Source: Nymphaea colorata (taxonomy: Eukaryota). From it: a DNA stretch of 64,000 nt. Positions 1-13,294 of this stretch are shown here, piece after piece. The stretch spans positions 35,836,001-35,900,000 of the forward strand of contig NC_045138.2 in assembly GCF_008831285.2 (NCBI RefSeq), read 5' to 3'. The notes under the pieces were generated by a model. The model saw only the letters and a program-made list of their open reading frames with translations. It ran no database searches and had not been told where the DNA came from. The position numbers and the translations under genes are program-made. Position 1 is the first letter of the stretch. Each line of letters opens with the position of its first letter.

Positions 1-2
1 TT

Positions 3-921
3 GGCATTAGATCTTTTCTCGATTTGCGTAGTTGGTTCCGCTGCAACGACATTCCTTCTTGTGATGTCTGTAACGAAGCTGGAGTGAAGGTGTGTCGTTT
101 TTTCTACTTTCTCGAGGCCTTTGTCTGTTCCCTCTGGTCCTTTATGACATAAATTGAGCAGTTTCCTATTAGGTTCAGCAAGTTAATTTGGATTTGCTTC
201 CTCGCATTAATAATCTTCTTTATTCTATTCTCTTTGGCAAATCATTCTTCGTCAGGCGGTCATGTGTCGAAATGAGGATTGTGCGGGGCGCATTCATTCA
301 TATTGTTTAGAAAAGAAATTCTCTCAGGAAGGGGTATGCTCTCTCTCATATTCTCTCTCACATACACACAAACAGAGTAGAGACGCATGTACGCACAGTA
401 AATACACGCACGCGCGGTCACGCATTTACACATACCTATTGGACTATGCACAAGGCGGGCTCACGTTTGATATCGTCTTTTAGGTAGCAAGAGTTTGCCC
501 AAGTTGTGGTTTTGATTGGCCATATGGTAGGGAAAAAGTTAAGCAGGAAGACGAACTGAAGATACCATCACCTGATGCTGCCGGTAGTCCTGCCATGACC
601 AAGCGGGTTAGGAGTTGCAGGGTTGATGCCACGGACAAGCCCCCTATAGCCAAGCGGTTGAGGAGTTGCAAGACTGAGCTTGAAGCTGAAGTCAATGTGG
701 CAGAGGATGAATTGAGGGTTCCATTTCCTGATGCCACTGGTAGTCCTACCATGACCAAGAGGGTCAGAAGTTGCAGAACTGGCAGGGCAGGTGATCCCGA
801 CAAAAAGCTGAGATGCAAAGTAAAGATTGATGTCGGTGTTGAAGTAGATCCATCTGGGTGTCCCATGCAATCTGCTCCCCAGCAACCGAGGAGGAGTTTA
901 AGGTCTGTCCGTAGCAGGTGA
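3..921 (+). CDS. NSE1: NSE1 (non-SMC element 1 of the SMC5/6 complex), 3' part; exons <3-89, 256-333, 484-921
   Basis: Spliced translation GIRSFLDLRSWFRCNDIPSCDVCNEAGVK|AVMCRNEDCAGRIHSYCLEKKFSQEG|VARVCPSCGFDWP... gives the NSE1-type RING (CxxC...C...C...HxxC...CPxC..W). GT-AG introns 90-255 and 334-483 keep the frame; stop TGA at 919-921. The gene starts upstream of the window. Confidence 0.85.
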
Positions 922-1798
922 AACAGTTGTCTTCCAATAACCTGGAATGGTGTACTTATTGTCTTGGCAGTGTCTATAGTTCATATTGAAGGAAAAAATA
1001 TACTGAATCCTAGTCACGGCTTTTGTAATTACAAACTGCATTTCGTTTTCCTTTCATAATGCATTTCGTCAGTTTTTCGTATTTTTTTTCTTTATTACAC
1101 GAGGGGTTGATACTTTGGTGGTAAAAGTTAAAACCCTTTGTGCAGAGAATTGATGTCATAGTTGCTTGAACCGCTGCTGTCCGTTTTTCAGTTGAGACTC
1201 AACTCCACCTTGCCAATTGCTTCTCTCTTGTGGGTTTTGCCTTTTTCAATTGGAAGATGATATAATAAAGAAATCCTGCAGAAATTGCCCAAAAGCATAT
1301 TGAATTTTGTAGAAAGCAGCCAAGACCTCTGCAGCATTAGGAATTGATCTTGATCCTGGTCGGAGCGGAATCTAATTCGGGTGGACCAACTTCTTTAGAA
1401 TGCTTACAAGATGTCACTTACGTTGCCATCCTCGGCGCTGCTCCTAGACTAGTATGGACCGCACAATTTATGTCATAATACTAAAAGCTGATTGCAGCTT
1501 ATGACGGGATCCGTTCTGTGTTATCTCGAGACAATGACTCGCCAATGGCCAAAAAGCAAAAGGGAGAGAAGACAGCATGGATAGCAATTTATGGTTCTGA
1601 AAGTTGGCGCGCTAGCCACATACATGAATGCCGTCTGCAGTATTGCAGATCAAGCCTGACCTTCACACATTACTATTCTTAAAACTGAATCTGATCTTCC
1701 TTATATGTAGCCACCGATCATGATTCATGGACCATTGCCACTATCTGCAAGCAGATGGCACTCTATCAATAGGAGCTGCCAATCATTTCCAAGGAGCG

Positions 1799-4700
1799 CT
1801 AAGCTTCAAGAAGATGCTGTTTACTACTGTCATCTCCATCTTTCGTTGCCCACCTAGCATAGTAAATAAATTGCACAAGTATCTAGACAGTTGTCAAGGA
1901 CCCGTTACAAGTATACCAATTGAAGAACAGTAACCATAAACTGCGAAGAGCTGTAAGGATACGACAGAGTCCAGGACCATGCATGCTACGGCATCAAACA
2001 GCCATGGCAAATTTGGCTCGATCTTCGACCACTCTATGCTGCTGACTAGTATGCTGTACAAGGAATTACATTATTCATCAGGAAAAGGAAATTTAAAATT
2101 TTCCTTTCTTTTTCTTTTCAATACCACACACTGGAGTAAGGCTTTGCAATCATGACGTTTACCTTGCTGCATATGTTGCGTTCCCAACTACAGCAAGAAA
2201 GAACATCAAAGGATTTAACCCCTGCACAAAAGAGTCAGAGAGCCGTTTCTTTTATCAGGAAAAGAAAGCAGGAATTGCATGTTGCAGTGGTAGCAGCAGC
2301 AGTCATCATGGTACAAGTACCAGCACTCAAAGAAAGAAGAAGAAGAAGAAGAAGAAGGATCTCACCTCGACAGTTCCTCGTCTAATCTGCAAACATAAAA
2401 TGGTTCAGAAAATTATGTCACACTTTCTGATCAAGGAAAATATAATCAAAGCAGCGGTTGAAACTAAAGCACTCGGAAAGCACGCAATGGTTGAAAGATG
2501 CCATAGAAATCGTAGAAAAAAAAAACTCCAAATTCACAGGATTCCAGACCAAAATGAGGACGTTAATTCAACTCTAATGTTGCTGAACCTCTGGCGTTTA
2601 GGCAGGTCTGTAAGTGTTGATATGTAAGAACTTTTGGCACAAAAATTTGTTGACATCAATATTTTGTAGAATTAACCTTCACCCGTGAAAACCACACAAC
2701 CCTATGGAACTTTCTCACACCAGAGCAGCCCTCTAACGGTGGTAGATAAGAAACAGGCAGAGTCATACTTTCATGATTCTGAAGCTTTAGGAAAAAATCA
2801 TATCTGGAAGATCAAAAAGCTTGATTTCCCTATCATATGAGAGTAAAATTCCTTCTGCTGCTACAGATACACCCATTTTTAAAATCTGTTTTACAGTAAA
2901 CTACTGTTAAAAGTCAAGCTACGTAAAGTTTCATTTCCATTTCGGTCAGTGCTTTCCACTCGCTTTCCTAGAGCTCACGCTTTTTACGCATTCCATACTA
3001 CACACTTTCACTATTGTGGGCATACAAAAAGTTCCTAGATGCTTCTTAGCTCATGTCACAAATTACGCTTATGACATCAGGTATTCAGATAAATATAACA
3101 GACTCTAGCTTTCAATAAAGCAAATAGATACATGACTTACATTTAGATAGATCTGTGGAAGTCTCCCGCCCATGTAAATGATGGCCATTAACCAACCGAG
3201 ATAAGTACCAAGCGCACTGGTTGTGTTATTATTTCCGCTTGATGACAGACCTGCGACCTGCAATGTTATGATCCCCTGTCATTATTGTAAGTGTATAGTG
3301 TTCTTTAGCAGAGCGTCTGGTAGACTTTACCATTATAATGTGACAGTTGAATCGCCTTAATCTGTACGTCTTCGGTTATAACTTAATAAATATGTACCAA
3401 CGTTGGATTATTAAAGTACCTGTAAAAGTTTCCTCCCTATTGGTATGATGACAGCAGCATCACTACTTGAGGAAGTGTGGGATCTGCGGGCAGCTGATAC
3501 ATTGAGGCCAAAACTACCAACAAAGAATATGGTCACGGAAACCTGAAACCCACAAGGTAATTTGATTCGTTTCTGAAGTCTGATACGCAATACAGAGTGC
3601 TTGAAAGTCAGACATACCGCACACAACAGACTCTTAGTGTCCGATGGAGGCGCAGACCGAGCAGTTGCGGCACTGCTTAGAAATGGATCCCCTTTGGGAG
3701 ATTGATGAAGAATGGAAGCATGTGATTTTTTCCGGCAGGCCCAATGGTATGAGTCCGACCCCACTACAGGATTGGGGCTGGTTGCTAGCGATCTTGCAGA
3801 ACTGTTGTACTCACAAAAATCAGAGAACCAAATTAACTGTACAGATACAAGGATCACAGTTTCCTTTTCTGTCACTCCATCTGCAGACAGTATTAGTTAT
3901 TCAAGGAGAACCAGCCTATATGACCACAATGCAACTAAAGCAATGACTTGACTGAGCTACGTAGAAGATTAAGCTAAGGTACTCAATTTTAAAGGTTTCC
4001 CCTACACAGAGACATGCGGTGCATTTCAATTCATCAGCCTCATCTACCATTGAAGCAACATGACAGTAGTACAATTGGCAGTGGCATAATGAGAGACATG
4101 TTTTACATCCACACCAACAATTACTTTGAGATGAACTCCACCGGAGACACTGCACGTAATCAGGACCTAATACGAGAACCAGCAGTAATGACTAGCCTGG
4201 CTGGGTTTTCGAACTTTGCCAGGAGTTGGAAGGGACTGAATCGTACATTAAATACATAGCAAAGCAAAACCGTAAAAGTTACAGCATCCCAATTCTCATT
4301 TGTCATGAAAAGAACTGTTGTAAAAGAATGATTTAGCAAATGGGCAGTCACGTTTATGAGGACGAGATGCATCTGTTTCAAATTGCAATAGTTAAGGAAA
4401 GAAAATTTTACATGTAATATCTGTCTCTACTCACTGAGCCATATCCAGTAGCAATTGACGTTGCAACTGGAATTGGTGAGCTAACGGGACTGCACTCGTC
4501 ATCTCGCACAACTGAGTCATTAGCATGAGAGTCCGCCCTCCATGAGTGCTTTTGTGTTTCTATATGCTCTTCCCCTCTAAATTGACCCTGAAAACGTAAA
4601 TTATCTGTTTCTTACCATCCGAAATGATATCATGAAACAGTGCAGGGCATTTGACATCTAAATAAGCCATTCCAAACAAAACTTCAAGTGAAACCTAAAT

Positions 4701-5727
4701 AGGCAAGCAATCTTTTTGGCTTGGTGCACAACTGCAGATTTCACATCTTCTCTATTTAATTACAAATCCATACATCCAAACAAAGGGGGATCACACACTG
4801 TAGCATAATGCTCCTAAAGACCTGCTGGTGGACATTTAACAAAATGAACCATCACTGGACGTCATTTAGATCCTGCACTTTGAATAACTTGAGGCCTTCA
4901 AGTACCAACCTTGTTACCAAAACCAAATTTATGGATTTTCAGTCTACGATAAATGTGACCATAGTAAATAGTTTGCAGGGCCAGGAGCGACGCAATTACT
5001 GTGTACAGCTGCAAAGAGTGGCAAATATTGTCAGATCGTCTACATGTACGCCTGAAAGATTACAGCCCAATCAGATTTAAAGCCTGGAACACACAGTTTT
5101 GAGCTTCTCACCAGTGCTATATAAAATTGCGTGGCTAGCTGCACATGGAAATCACGTACCAGATCAGATTGTATCATGCTAATTAAGACAATCAGAAGAA
5201 ACTAACTTTCTTGTACTCACAGTAGCTGGTTCGAGCAAGCAACCGAAAAGGTTGAGTAAATCTCTGCGTTGCAAAAAAAGACCGAAAAACGTTATAAGTG
5301 TTAATTCAATTAAGTTAAGTTCTACGCAAAAATTAGTAGGTCAGCACCTTATAAGTCCAAGAGAAAAGAAACAGAAAAAAACGCATGAAGTGGATCTTAT
5401 ATAGTTCAGTAAAATTGAGAGAATTATGAAAACTCTTTGGGTTAGGCCTTTCCAGTCATTATAATTGAAAGAATTATCTGTTTCTTACCCAACCAGCCAT
5501 GTCAATAGGAAAGCAACTGACATGCCCTCAGTGGACTTCTCCTTATAATTGGTAATGATCTGAGGAACCTCAGAAATGCTCCAACTGATGATACTTAATA
5601 TCCCCAATACGAACGATATTTTATCCTTCACATCACAGAGACAACTGCTCATGTAGATTCTAGCCCATTCCCAGCATAGCTTACTCCTTGGGCACAAAGA
5701 CAATGGCCCTTCAAGACCACCCATCAT
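1799..5727 (-). CDS. PQ-loop repeat family membrane protein (vacuolar/lysosomal cationic amino-acid transporter, YPQ/PQLC2-like), about 12 exons
   Basis: Exons approx. 5489-5727 (…SWSISEVPQIITNYKEKSTEGMSVAFLLTWLVG), 5220-5262 (DLLNLFGCLLEPAT), 5112-5138 (LATQFYIAL), 4910-5008 (LYTVIASLLALQTIYYGH), 4412-4587, 3618-3801 (SARSLATS…), 3420-3542, 3141-3257 (GWLMAIIYMGGRLPQIYLN), 2366-2386 (IRRGTVE), 2163-2221 (GLNPLMFFLAVVGNATYAA), 1963-2053 (ILVSSIEWSKIEPNLPWLFDA), 1799-1882 (ILVQFIYY…stop). Two PQ motifs (VPQI, LPQI). Internal boundaries may be off by a few nt. Confidence 0.92.
1883..1962 (-). other. U12-type (minor spliceosome) GT-AG intron, last intron of the PQ-loop gene
   Basis: Minus-strand donor GTATCCTTAC matches the U12 consensus RTATCCTT. 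Branch site TCCTTGAC (plus 1893-1900) ends 10 nt before the 3' splice junction, with no polypyrimidine tract. Splicing joins …VLDSV to ILVQFIYY in frame. Confidence 0.9.
2332..2357. repeat. (AGA)n microsatellite in a PQ-loop gene intron
   Basis: aaagaagaagaagaagaagaagaag read directly, next to the donor of the 21-nt IRRGTVE exon. Confidence 0.85.
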
Positions 5728-8700
5728 CTATCAACTCTTCTTTGATCAACTGAAAGCTCAAAAGAGCAAAAGAAATGTGTCACAGAGTGTAAGTTAGAAA
5801 ACAAAGGCTCCGTTGGTGTTCTTGTGTGCGTTTGTGAAATCCGTACACAGTAGCAACTCAAAAAACGAAGAACAGAAAAAGAAACAGAAAGGTGAAACGA
5901 AAGGGAAAAGGAAAAACCTTTCGAATGGCGATGAACTTGTTAGACAAACAACCCGTCGCCTCTTCCACGATGAAGAAACAAAAGACCACTAAAATGGAAA
6001 CCAAGAGAAAGGCAAAAGAGGAAACCTAGAAAAGCTAAAAGCCTAAAATCACAGGAACATGGCACTGTGAATTGTTTCGCGCACGTAGATGGATATTCTT
6101 CAAACTTATCCAGATAACCCACCAACCGCAGAAAAAATTCAAAACATGGAAACAGGCAACCTGTGCCAATACGTGAAAAGTTTGTACGAGAGTTGGAGGC
6201 AACTGACAAGCAGACTCCTTCTGATGGGGGAGCACACAGAAGCAGAGGAGAAGCCAGAGTTTCCGCCACTTATAGCGAGTTCCTTTTCTTTTTCTGGAAA
6301 TTCTAGGGAATACATTGAAACTATAACTTCCCTCGGATAATTGAAGAAATATCAGCATATCTGAACCACATATCCACCTCTACATTACTCTTGAAATAGT
6401 TTTGGCCATCTCTGTACTGTACGGCTTTGCACTTTATCATGCTCAACCTTTTCTGCTAATTAAGATCGGTGCAAAAGACACTGACAATGTGCTGTGCATA
6501 GTACAATAATGAACTACATTTTACTCAAGCTCAGGGAAGATGACATACGGGATCCAGTAGTGTTCTGCCTCTCAACGAGTATCTGAGTACTTTTCGCCTT
6601 TCATATATAGACACTCCGAGTTGGTGTTGGACTCCAACGCATTTGGTGAGACTCACACCGTTATACATCATGATGCTACCTTAAAAAAGAAAGGTACTCA
6701 AACCATTCAGCATTTGGTAGTCAAATAAGTTCGTTTTATCATTATTTAGATTTTAAAACTATATAGAATCACGTTTAGAATGTAAAGGTGCTGAAGAAAA
6801 TGACATGAACAATTAGCTTTTAGAAAATACTTCCACAGTTGATTGCATGCAGTTCTTCTTTAATTGTTCCACGAATTCAACCAGGTCTGATCTGTCAAAC
6901 ATCAAATCTTAACTACCAGATCGCACTCAACCTCTAAGAGAGCAAACGCTACTTTCCTGGAAGAATGTTCAACAATGGGTGTCGGTGCCATACCGGTTCG
7001 TTCACTGATACGGCGTATCCGTCTATGATACATACAAGTAGCGGTCTATATTACCATGTATTTTGATTTTATGAATTTAAAAAATAATTCAAGATAGACT
7101 TATATTGATTTGGAAAACAAAAAAGATAACGAAAATCAGTATCTGCCTTGTATCTTATTAGCAAAATGCCGATATGATATGGCCAATAAACTCCAGATAC
7201 GTGGTAATATTGATAAGATTAGTTTTGAAAAGTTTTTTTTTTACTACTGCCATGGACGCCGCACATGTGTGCAACTCCTCTAGATAACAGGCAGCGTCAC
7301 TTCTGTTGGAGCTATCGAGAAGGTATACGTTCCCATCTTATCCTTACGAAGAACATTTTCTCATTTGATAGGACTTTTTCTGTTTGGGTTTGTAGGGGTT
7401 TCAGTTCGAGAGCTCTTTGATCTACAACTTTCTGTGATCATCAGTTCCAATTCTTTCTTTCTTTCTTTCTTTTTGGTTGGAAAATGGTTGACATTCGATT
7501 GAATGTCATTAGTGGGAATGATAATTCAAATTTGCCAACTTTCATAATTGATTTTGATAGCGAACCCTTGTCGGACGACGATATTTGGACTTGAAGTTTG
7601 GTGTTATCAGCTGCGAATATTATTTTTTCTAGATTTAAGTTTGAACGTTGAAATTAATTATGCATATATGGTGCATGACATTTTTATACACATGGCATTG
7701 CCGAGGCCTTTCTTGTTTCCTTGTAAAAAAGGATGGAGGCTTTATGTTCCACCTTTTTAAATTTTCTGGGTATTCTGAACATTTGAACATCCAAGAAATC
7801 AGAAATGAGCGGTTGGCTGGAGGTCTGAGCATTGTATCGAATTTTCCTCGCATTCTAAAAGGAATGAATGGGCCAAGTGGTGTGGTGTGGGCCTTGAGTG
7901 ATATAAAACAGATTACACGACCACGGGAGTGGTGCCGCAGCGAAGTCCACACGATCGACCAGAGAGGCAACAAGAAGCCAAGGCGATGCTGATAATGATC
8001 GGACATCACTCGTTTTTGTTGCTGTCTGGACAAAGACAATTCATGAGAACTCTCCTTTCGGGCGGAGGTGAGATAATCCTTCCTCTTATTTACCTGGATT
8101 TCGGAAATAATATTTTGCTCAAGTCCATGCCCTAGCAAACGATTCCGCCCAAAAATGAAGATAGAAAAAGTTTAGAATGCGAGGATTTTTGGTTTTTAAT
8201 TTCTTACCGTACTGCATTGAGCGCATTGCTTTGATTATTGGTTCTGTGATTTTAAATCGATCGGGCAAACAACTGTTTAGGGATGAGGTGAGGAGAGCTG
8301 CCGTTGAAACGCGGCGAGCAGGAAGCTGCGGGCTCCTTGGTTTCCGATTGAGATAAAAATGTATCTCCATTAGATCTAGCGAAGAGACACATCGCTCCAC
8401 TGCCATTGGTGTGACCTAATTTGTTTGGAAATGCTGAGCAGGACCAAGTTGGCTGATGAGACGTGTGAAATTGGGAAGCGCAGGGCTGTGGAGATTTAAT
8501 TTAACCTACTTTGGATCTGTCTTTTGCCTATTGGGTTATTTACACATAGGAAATAGGAATGCGATTATGTTTTTTTGCACTTTTGGTTGCATCTGCTTCT
8601 ATCGTCTGATTTTCTGCGTATTTACCATTTATGGATCTAAGCAACAAGTCGCCTTAGCTGGCCATGTATATCATATTGCACAGTAACCTATTTTATTTTG

Positions 8701-9090
8701 TGATGTATTTTAGCTATCGTCAGTGACTGACGGGAGGAGCCTGTTCCGGATTTGACGCCACGTCAATCATGTCCCCACTCACCTCTTCCCGGTCCACATT
8801 CTTTTGTCCGATCCGATAATGCGAATGGACCTTACACATATCACATCGCCGTTCTTCCTCTGGTTCCCGGACCGCCATAGAAGATCTGGACATTCCATAA
8901 ATAAAGTAGGGTGGGGTCCCATCACGCCCGCCTACTGGAGGCTTCTTAATTTTATCTCCGTGAGTTATATTTAGCCCAACAACTCTCTATATCTGGTACT
9001 TTTGGGGAGAAAAGGATTTCCAGCTCCTATTCGCTCCACAAGACAAATTTACATCAATATGTCATCACTTTGTGGTTTCCAGAACTTTCT

Positions 9091-9268
9091 GAGCAGAGCC
9101 ATAAAATTTTAACTAAAAGGCACTAGTTTTATCATTTTAAAATTTTAAGGGCACTTATATATATATAAATGGAAAAAACTGCCATGATGTGTCAATATGA
9201 AAATAAGCAAATTTTTTTTTTGGCAGGCATGTGTGGGCAATTGCCCACACCTGCCTTCACCCTTGGGC
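9091..9268. mobile_element. Degenerate MITE-like element with a 20-bp perfect subterminal palindrome
   Basis: GC-rich ends (gagcagagcc… / …ggcaggcatGTGTGGGCAATTGCCCACACctgcc) around an AT-rich core; layout resembles the elements at 28794 and 29310. Confidence 0.45.
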
Positions 9269-12200
9269 ATAACTGTGACTCTTGATTCGTGCCAGTCAAA
9301 TTGCTTCTATTTCACTTTGATGGGAAGTTGTTGCACAAGTTCCGACTCGGACCAAAGCTTTAGCGAAGCATCCGGATAGAGCCAAAATGCTCAGATCCAC
9401 CACACCTTCATGATTTTGGTTAAATATGTTTTAATGATAAATTGCATAGTTTGGAGAAACTCTAAAAAGATTCATGAAAGGCCAAACTCGTACCTGCCCC
9501 ACTCTACAAACATGTGGCAAACTCGCTGGTTTCGTACCAGTCGTATCAGCCCGAATCGGGCTATTTAAAACGACTCGGTGGTTAAGTGATTCGACTTTGG
9601 TGGTGGGTTCGATTCAAGAGTGCCACGTTGCGATTTTAACAAGAACTTTCTTGCTTCTAGTTATGAATTCTTTGATTTTGTCTTCAAATTAATTTTCTTT
9701 TTTAACGGAAATATAGGAAATGTTGTGGACACATGCCTGCTTCTGGTCTGTCTGGCCTTGAGCTGAGTTTCGGGTCTAATTTATGGGAGAAAGTGGCATC
9801 TCGTAATCGACCACAGATCCAGAAACAAAGTTAAAGCACATGCATGCACGTGCGCTAATCACCTCCTTCACGCCAAATGATATTATCACCACATCACGCA
9901 TGTGAGGCTTCTAATAGGCATGCCAATGTTTCTGATACATTTTATTTGAATCTGAATTCGCATCCAAATCAGTATCCGGATCCGATATAATACCATGTAA
10001 AGATCCAGTCCAGGCATAGTTTTTGAAGTTTTAAAATCTAAGTCAGAATCCAATTTTGACTCGAATCAAGCAAATACTGATCCGACTCCCTATGTGCTTA
10101 GAGCGTCCAACAGCAAAATAATACGTCCGAAGATTTAATATTTTTCTTTTTAAAAGAAGCGCTAGGCAAATTTATGAAGGAACAAAATTTCCAACTTTCG
10201 GCTTCCTTCAACTTAAAGGTAATTGCCTTTAGTCACATGTAGGTTCAATTATTTTGTAATGTAAGCTTCCCTCACTTGCAAGTAGCATTTAAGGGAAAAT
10301 GGTAATTTGATTCTTACAGATTTAACAATAAAAAATTTAATAGTTGATTTAAAATTTTGTCATTTATTTCATTAACACAACCAAGTTTTTCTTGGAGAAC
10401 TTCTAATCGTAAAAGACAAAAAAATTTGCATCGTCATGTTATGTAGTAATAACAAAATAAAGTTAATGTATTAACGTTAACAAAATTAATGAACTTATAA
10501 TTTGTCCTTATTAGAGGCATTTTTGTTTTTTTTGTTTTTTTTAACTATATACCCACAAACCCAAGCCTAGGTAAATTAATAATCCAGTAGCGGGGTTAAC
10601 TTTGCTTTGAAACGGTTGGTTTTTGGAGTTCAAAAACCAACCCATTTGAGTACTGTTCTGAGTAAGAGAGCTGGAATAACCAACTGTTGGTTCATTGACT
10701 TGCAGAGTGACGGATTTGAATGAACTGCATTGAAGCATCCTTACTGCTGAAGTTAATTTTATACACAGCTCTGAAATCATATTAAATTTCTTACAACCTA
10801 ACATACACATTTCACCAACCTCATGAAATGTAACCATATACATATTAACTATTCACATCATCCAAACGTCCTTAGAGACTCAACCAACTTTGCGGTAGTT
10901 GCCAATAAGCTATCAATCCCACTTCGAAAGCGCCAAGGCTGAGCACTAGACCGAGCCATACTGGTGCTGCAAATTTTTGGTTCCGCAAAAATGTTAAAAA
11001 AAAAATTATTTTGAAAAAAAGAAAAAGCTTATCAGTCAATTACAAACAAGAAAATTCTTAATATTTTCAAATAAATTATTTTAAAATTGACACATGGTGC
11101 TCAAACGGGATCAGTTTTAGTTTGCCACTAAGTCAATTTGAATAGGCGGATATCAAAGATACATGACTATTACGAAGTTTGCCACAGTGGGGCAGGTTTT
11201 GGCTGTGATCTGTATCGGTTCGCTGACAATCTGGATCCTCATTGGCTTATGTCGCCCTATATTTTTTTTTACTTTTACCATTTAAATAAATAACATGATC
11301 TTTTTTAAAACTTTTATTGGGCCAATGACATTTGAGGATGGGTCAATACAATACGATACGTTTGTCATTGACCAGATCTTCAAAGTTTTAATAAATCTCA
11401 AACTTATAAGCTTGTTTGAATAATACGGCGTATGCGGTGATATAAAAAGAAAAGAGTTTGGATCGCTAGGAGAGAAAGCTCGTATATGAGCAGCGAGTCA
11501 CGTCTACTCCTTCCTTCCCCGACATGGCATCTCAAAATTGTTCGGTCTGTTCATCGGCCACCCAAGGGAACCCGGTGGGCTTATCTGTTCAAGGCTTTTA
11601 AGAAAGAAAACAGACAAAAAAAGCTAGATTGGGAGAAAAAAAAAGGAAAAGTCCTTCTTCAATAAGAAAACTTTCTAAACACTTGGTGTTTAAGTTTCGA
11701 TGGGCCGGCAGGGACCATGGCCCCTTTCCCACGGAAGTTTCTACAAAACTCAATTTTTATTATTAAATATTTCAAACATAATTATCTGGCCCTTGTAAAG
11801 ATCTCATCAACTGAAAATTTAAAATTAAAAATTCGAGGTTCGATTGGTTGTCTTGTTTTCTAGTCTTTTTGAGTTGAGTTAGACCGCAGCTGCGGATTCA
11901 AGCATGTCCGGTTGCAACAAACATCTTTTAGGCAGATGACAACCTAAATGAACCAGTATTCAATATGGTTTTGTTAGTCCAATTATGCAGTTGGTCGGAT
12001 CCATCCGGCAACTTACATGCAGAAGTACGTAGGACCTTCTTGATCCGAGAATCATTTTAGTTTTGGAACCGATCTTATATCCCCGATAGGTACATAAAGT
12101 GACAGATCCGGGCCCGGACCGTGAAACGGAACATCTGGAGACATGAATGGTATTTTAAAGGTTCGTTTGTTCGCATTGAAGAATTGTGAACTGTCTTAGC

Positions 12201-13294
12201 TTTATTTCCACGACGTTACGCCTTCGATCGATTACTTTATTCTCTTTATTCTTAGGTTAATCGTCCATAGAATTTTTTAGCGTAGATTTTTTTGTGAAAT
12301 GGAAAAGCAGCCAGTTACCGTCTTTCTTTTGGAGGGAGCTTTCTTTTTCTTGCTGTGGCCACGGAAGTCTGCCAAGTAATCGTCCTCCAGAAATTCATGC
12401 CGTGTTTCCTTCTTCCTCCTCCCTGTGTGAAATTGACACGCTGATTGATCAGGTAAACGCACCAAAAGAATCGAAAAATTCGTTCTTCTTTTCTCGTTAC
12501 TGCTTCCTTTAAGCAGGCATTTTTGTTGGCTTCACTGAATTTTTTAGTTTCTTTCTCTTGGTGGTTGAAATGGATCCTCTTTTTCTGCAATTCTGTTTCA
12601 TCTGGTGGTTTTGAATTGTGGGTATCGTGGTTCTCCCTGTTGCAAGTTGGTGTTTGATAAATTACTGAAGAATTGGAGTTTTGGCTGTTCAATTATGGTT
12701 TTTTTTTTTTCTTGACGACCCAATTAATTTCGTTGTGTCTGGTTAGAAAGGGCTTAAGTGAATTCTGTCATCGACTCTGATTTCATTTACTTTTATTTGT
12801 TTGATCTTAGCTTTATCGATTCGGGATAATTTGTGACCGGGACTGGATTCAGATTACTGAGTAGGTCAGTTAAGAGTTCCGAGTAATATTCTTGGAAATT
12901 TCCAGGTGGCAGAAAACATCTGCCTGCTGAGGCTTTTTATGATTAATGGACTTGTTGATACATGTGTGTTCGATGGAACTTACGGAATGAATTGAATTAC
13001 TGGTTTTTTGCAAACTTCAGTTGCTGCGATGGCCGCATGCGTTCTCCGGAGAAATTTGATGAGTTTGCTGGAATTCGGATGACAGAGTTTCTTGGCGTTG
13101 AAATTTAAGGCCACGAAACATGCTGCTGCGCTATTGTTATGGTTTCTTATGTACACGTTCAGTGATTTGTTCGGAGTACAAAGAAGAAGATGCATCAGCC
13201 ATAAGCTATCTTCCACTTGGAATGCTGACTTTTATGCACCCGAAGGAGATCTGAAGCGTCTTTTCATTAATTTCACAGAAATCTTTGTAAAACA

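Noticed and set aside
9575..9630. tRNA/SINE-like GGTTCGATTC with upstream TGGTTAAG
   Set aside because: No cloverleaf stems can be formed, the B-box is imperfect and there is no tail
9950..10090. GATCC/GGATC-rich patches (also ~11880-12120, 23760-23860, 51230-51300, 62150-62350)
   Set aside because: Probably remnants of a degenerate repeat family, but I could not define boundaries, TIRs or TSDs well enough to call them
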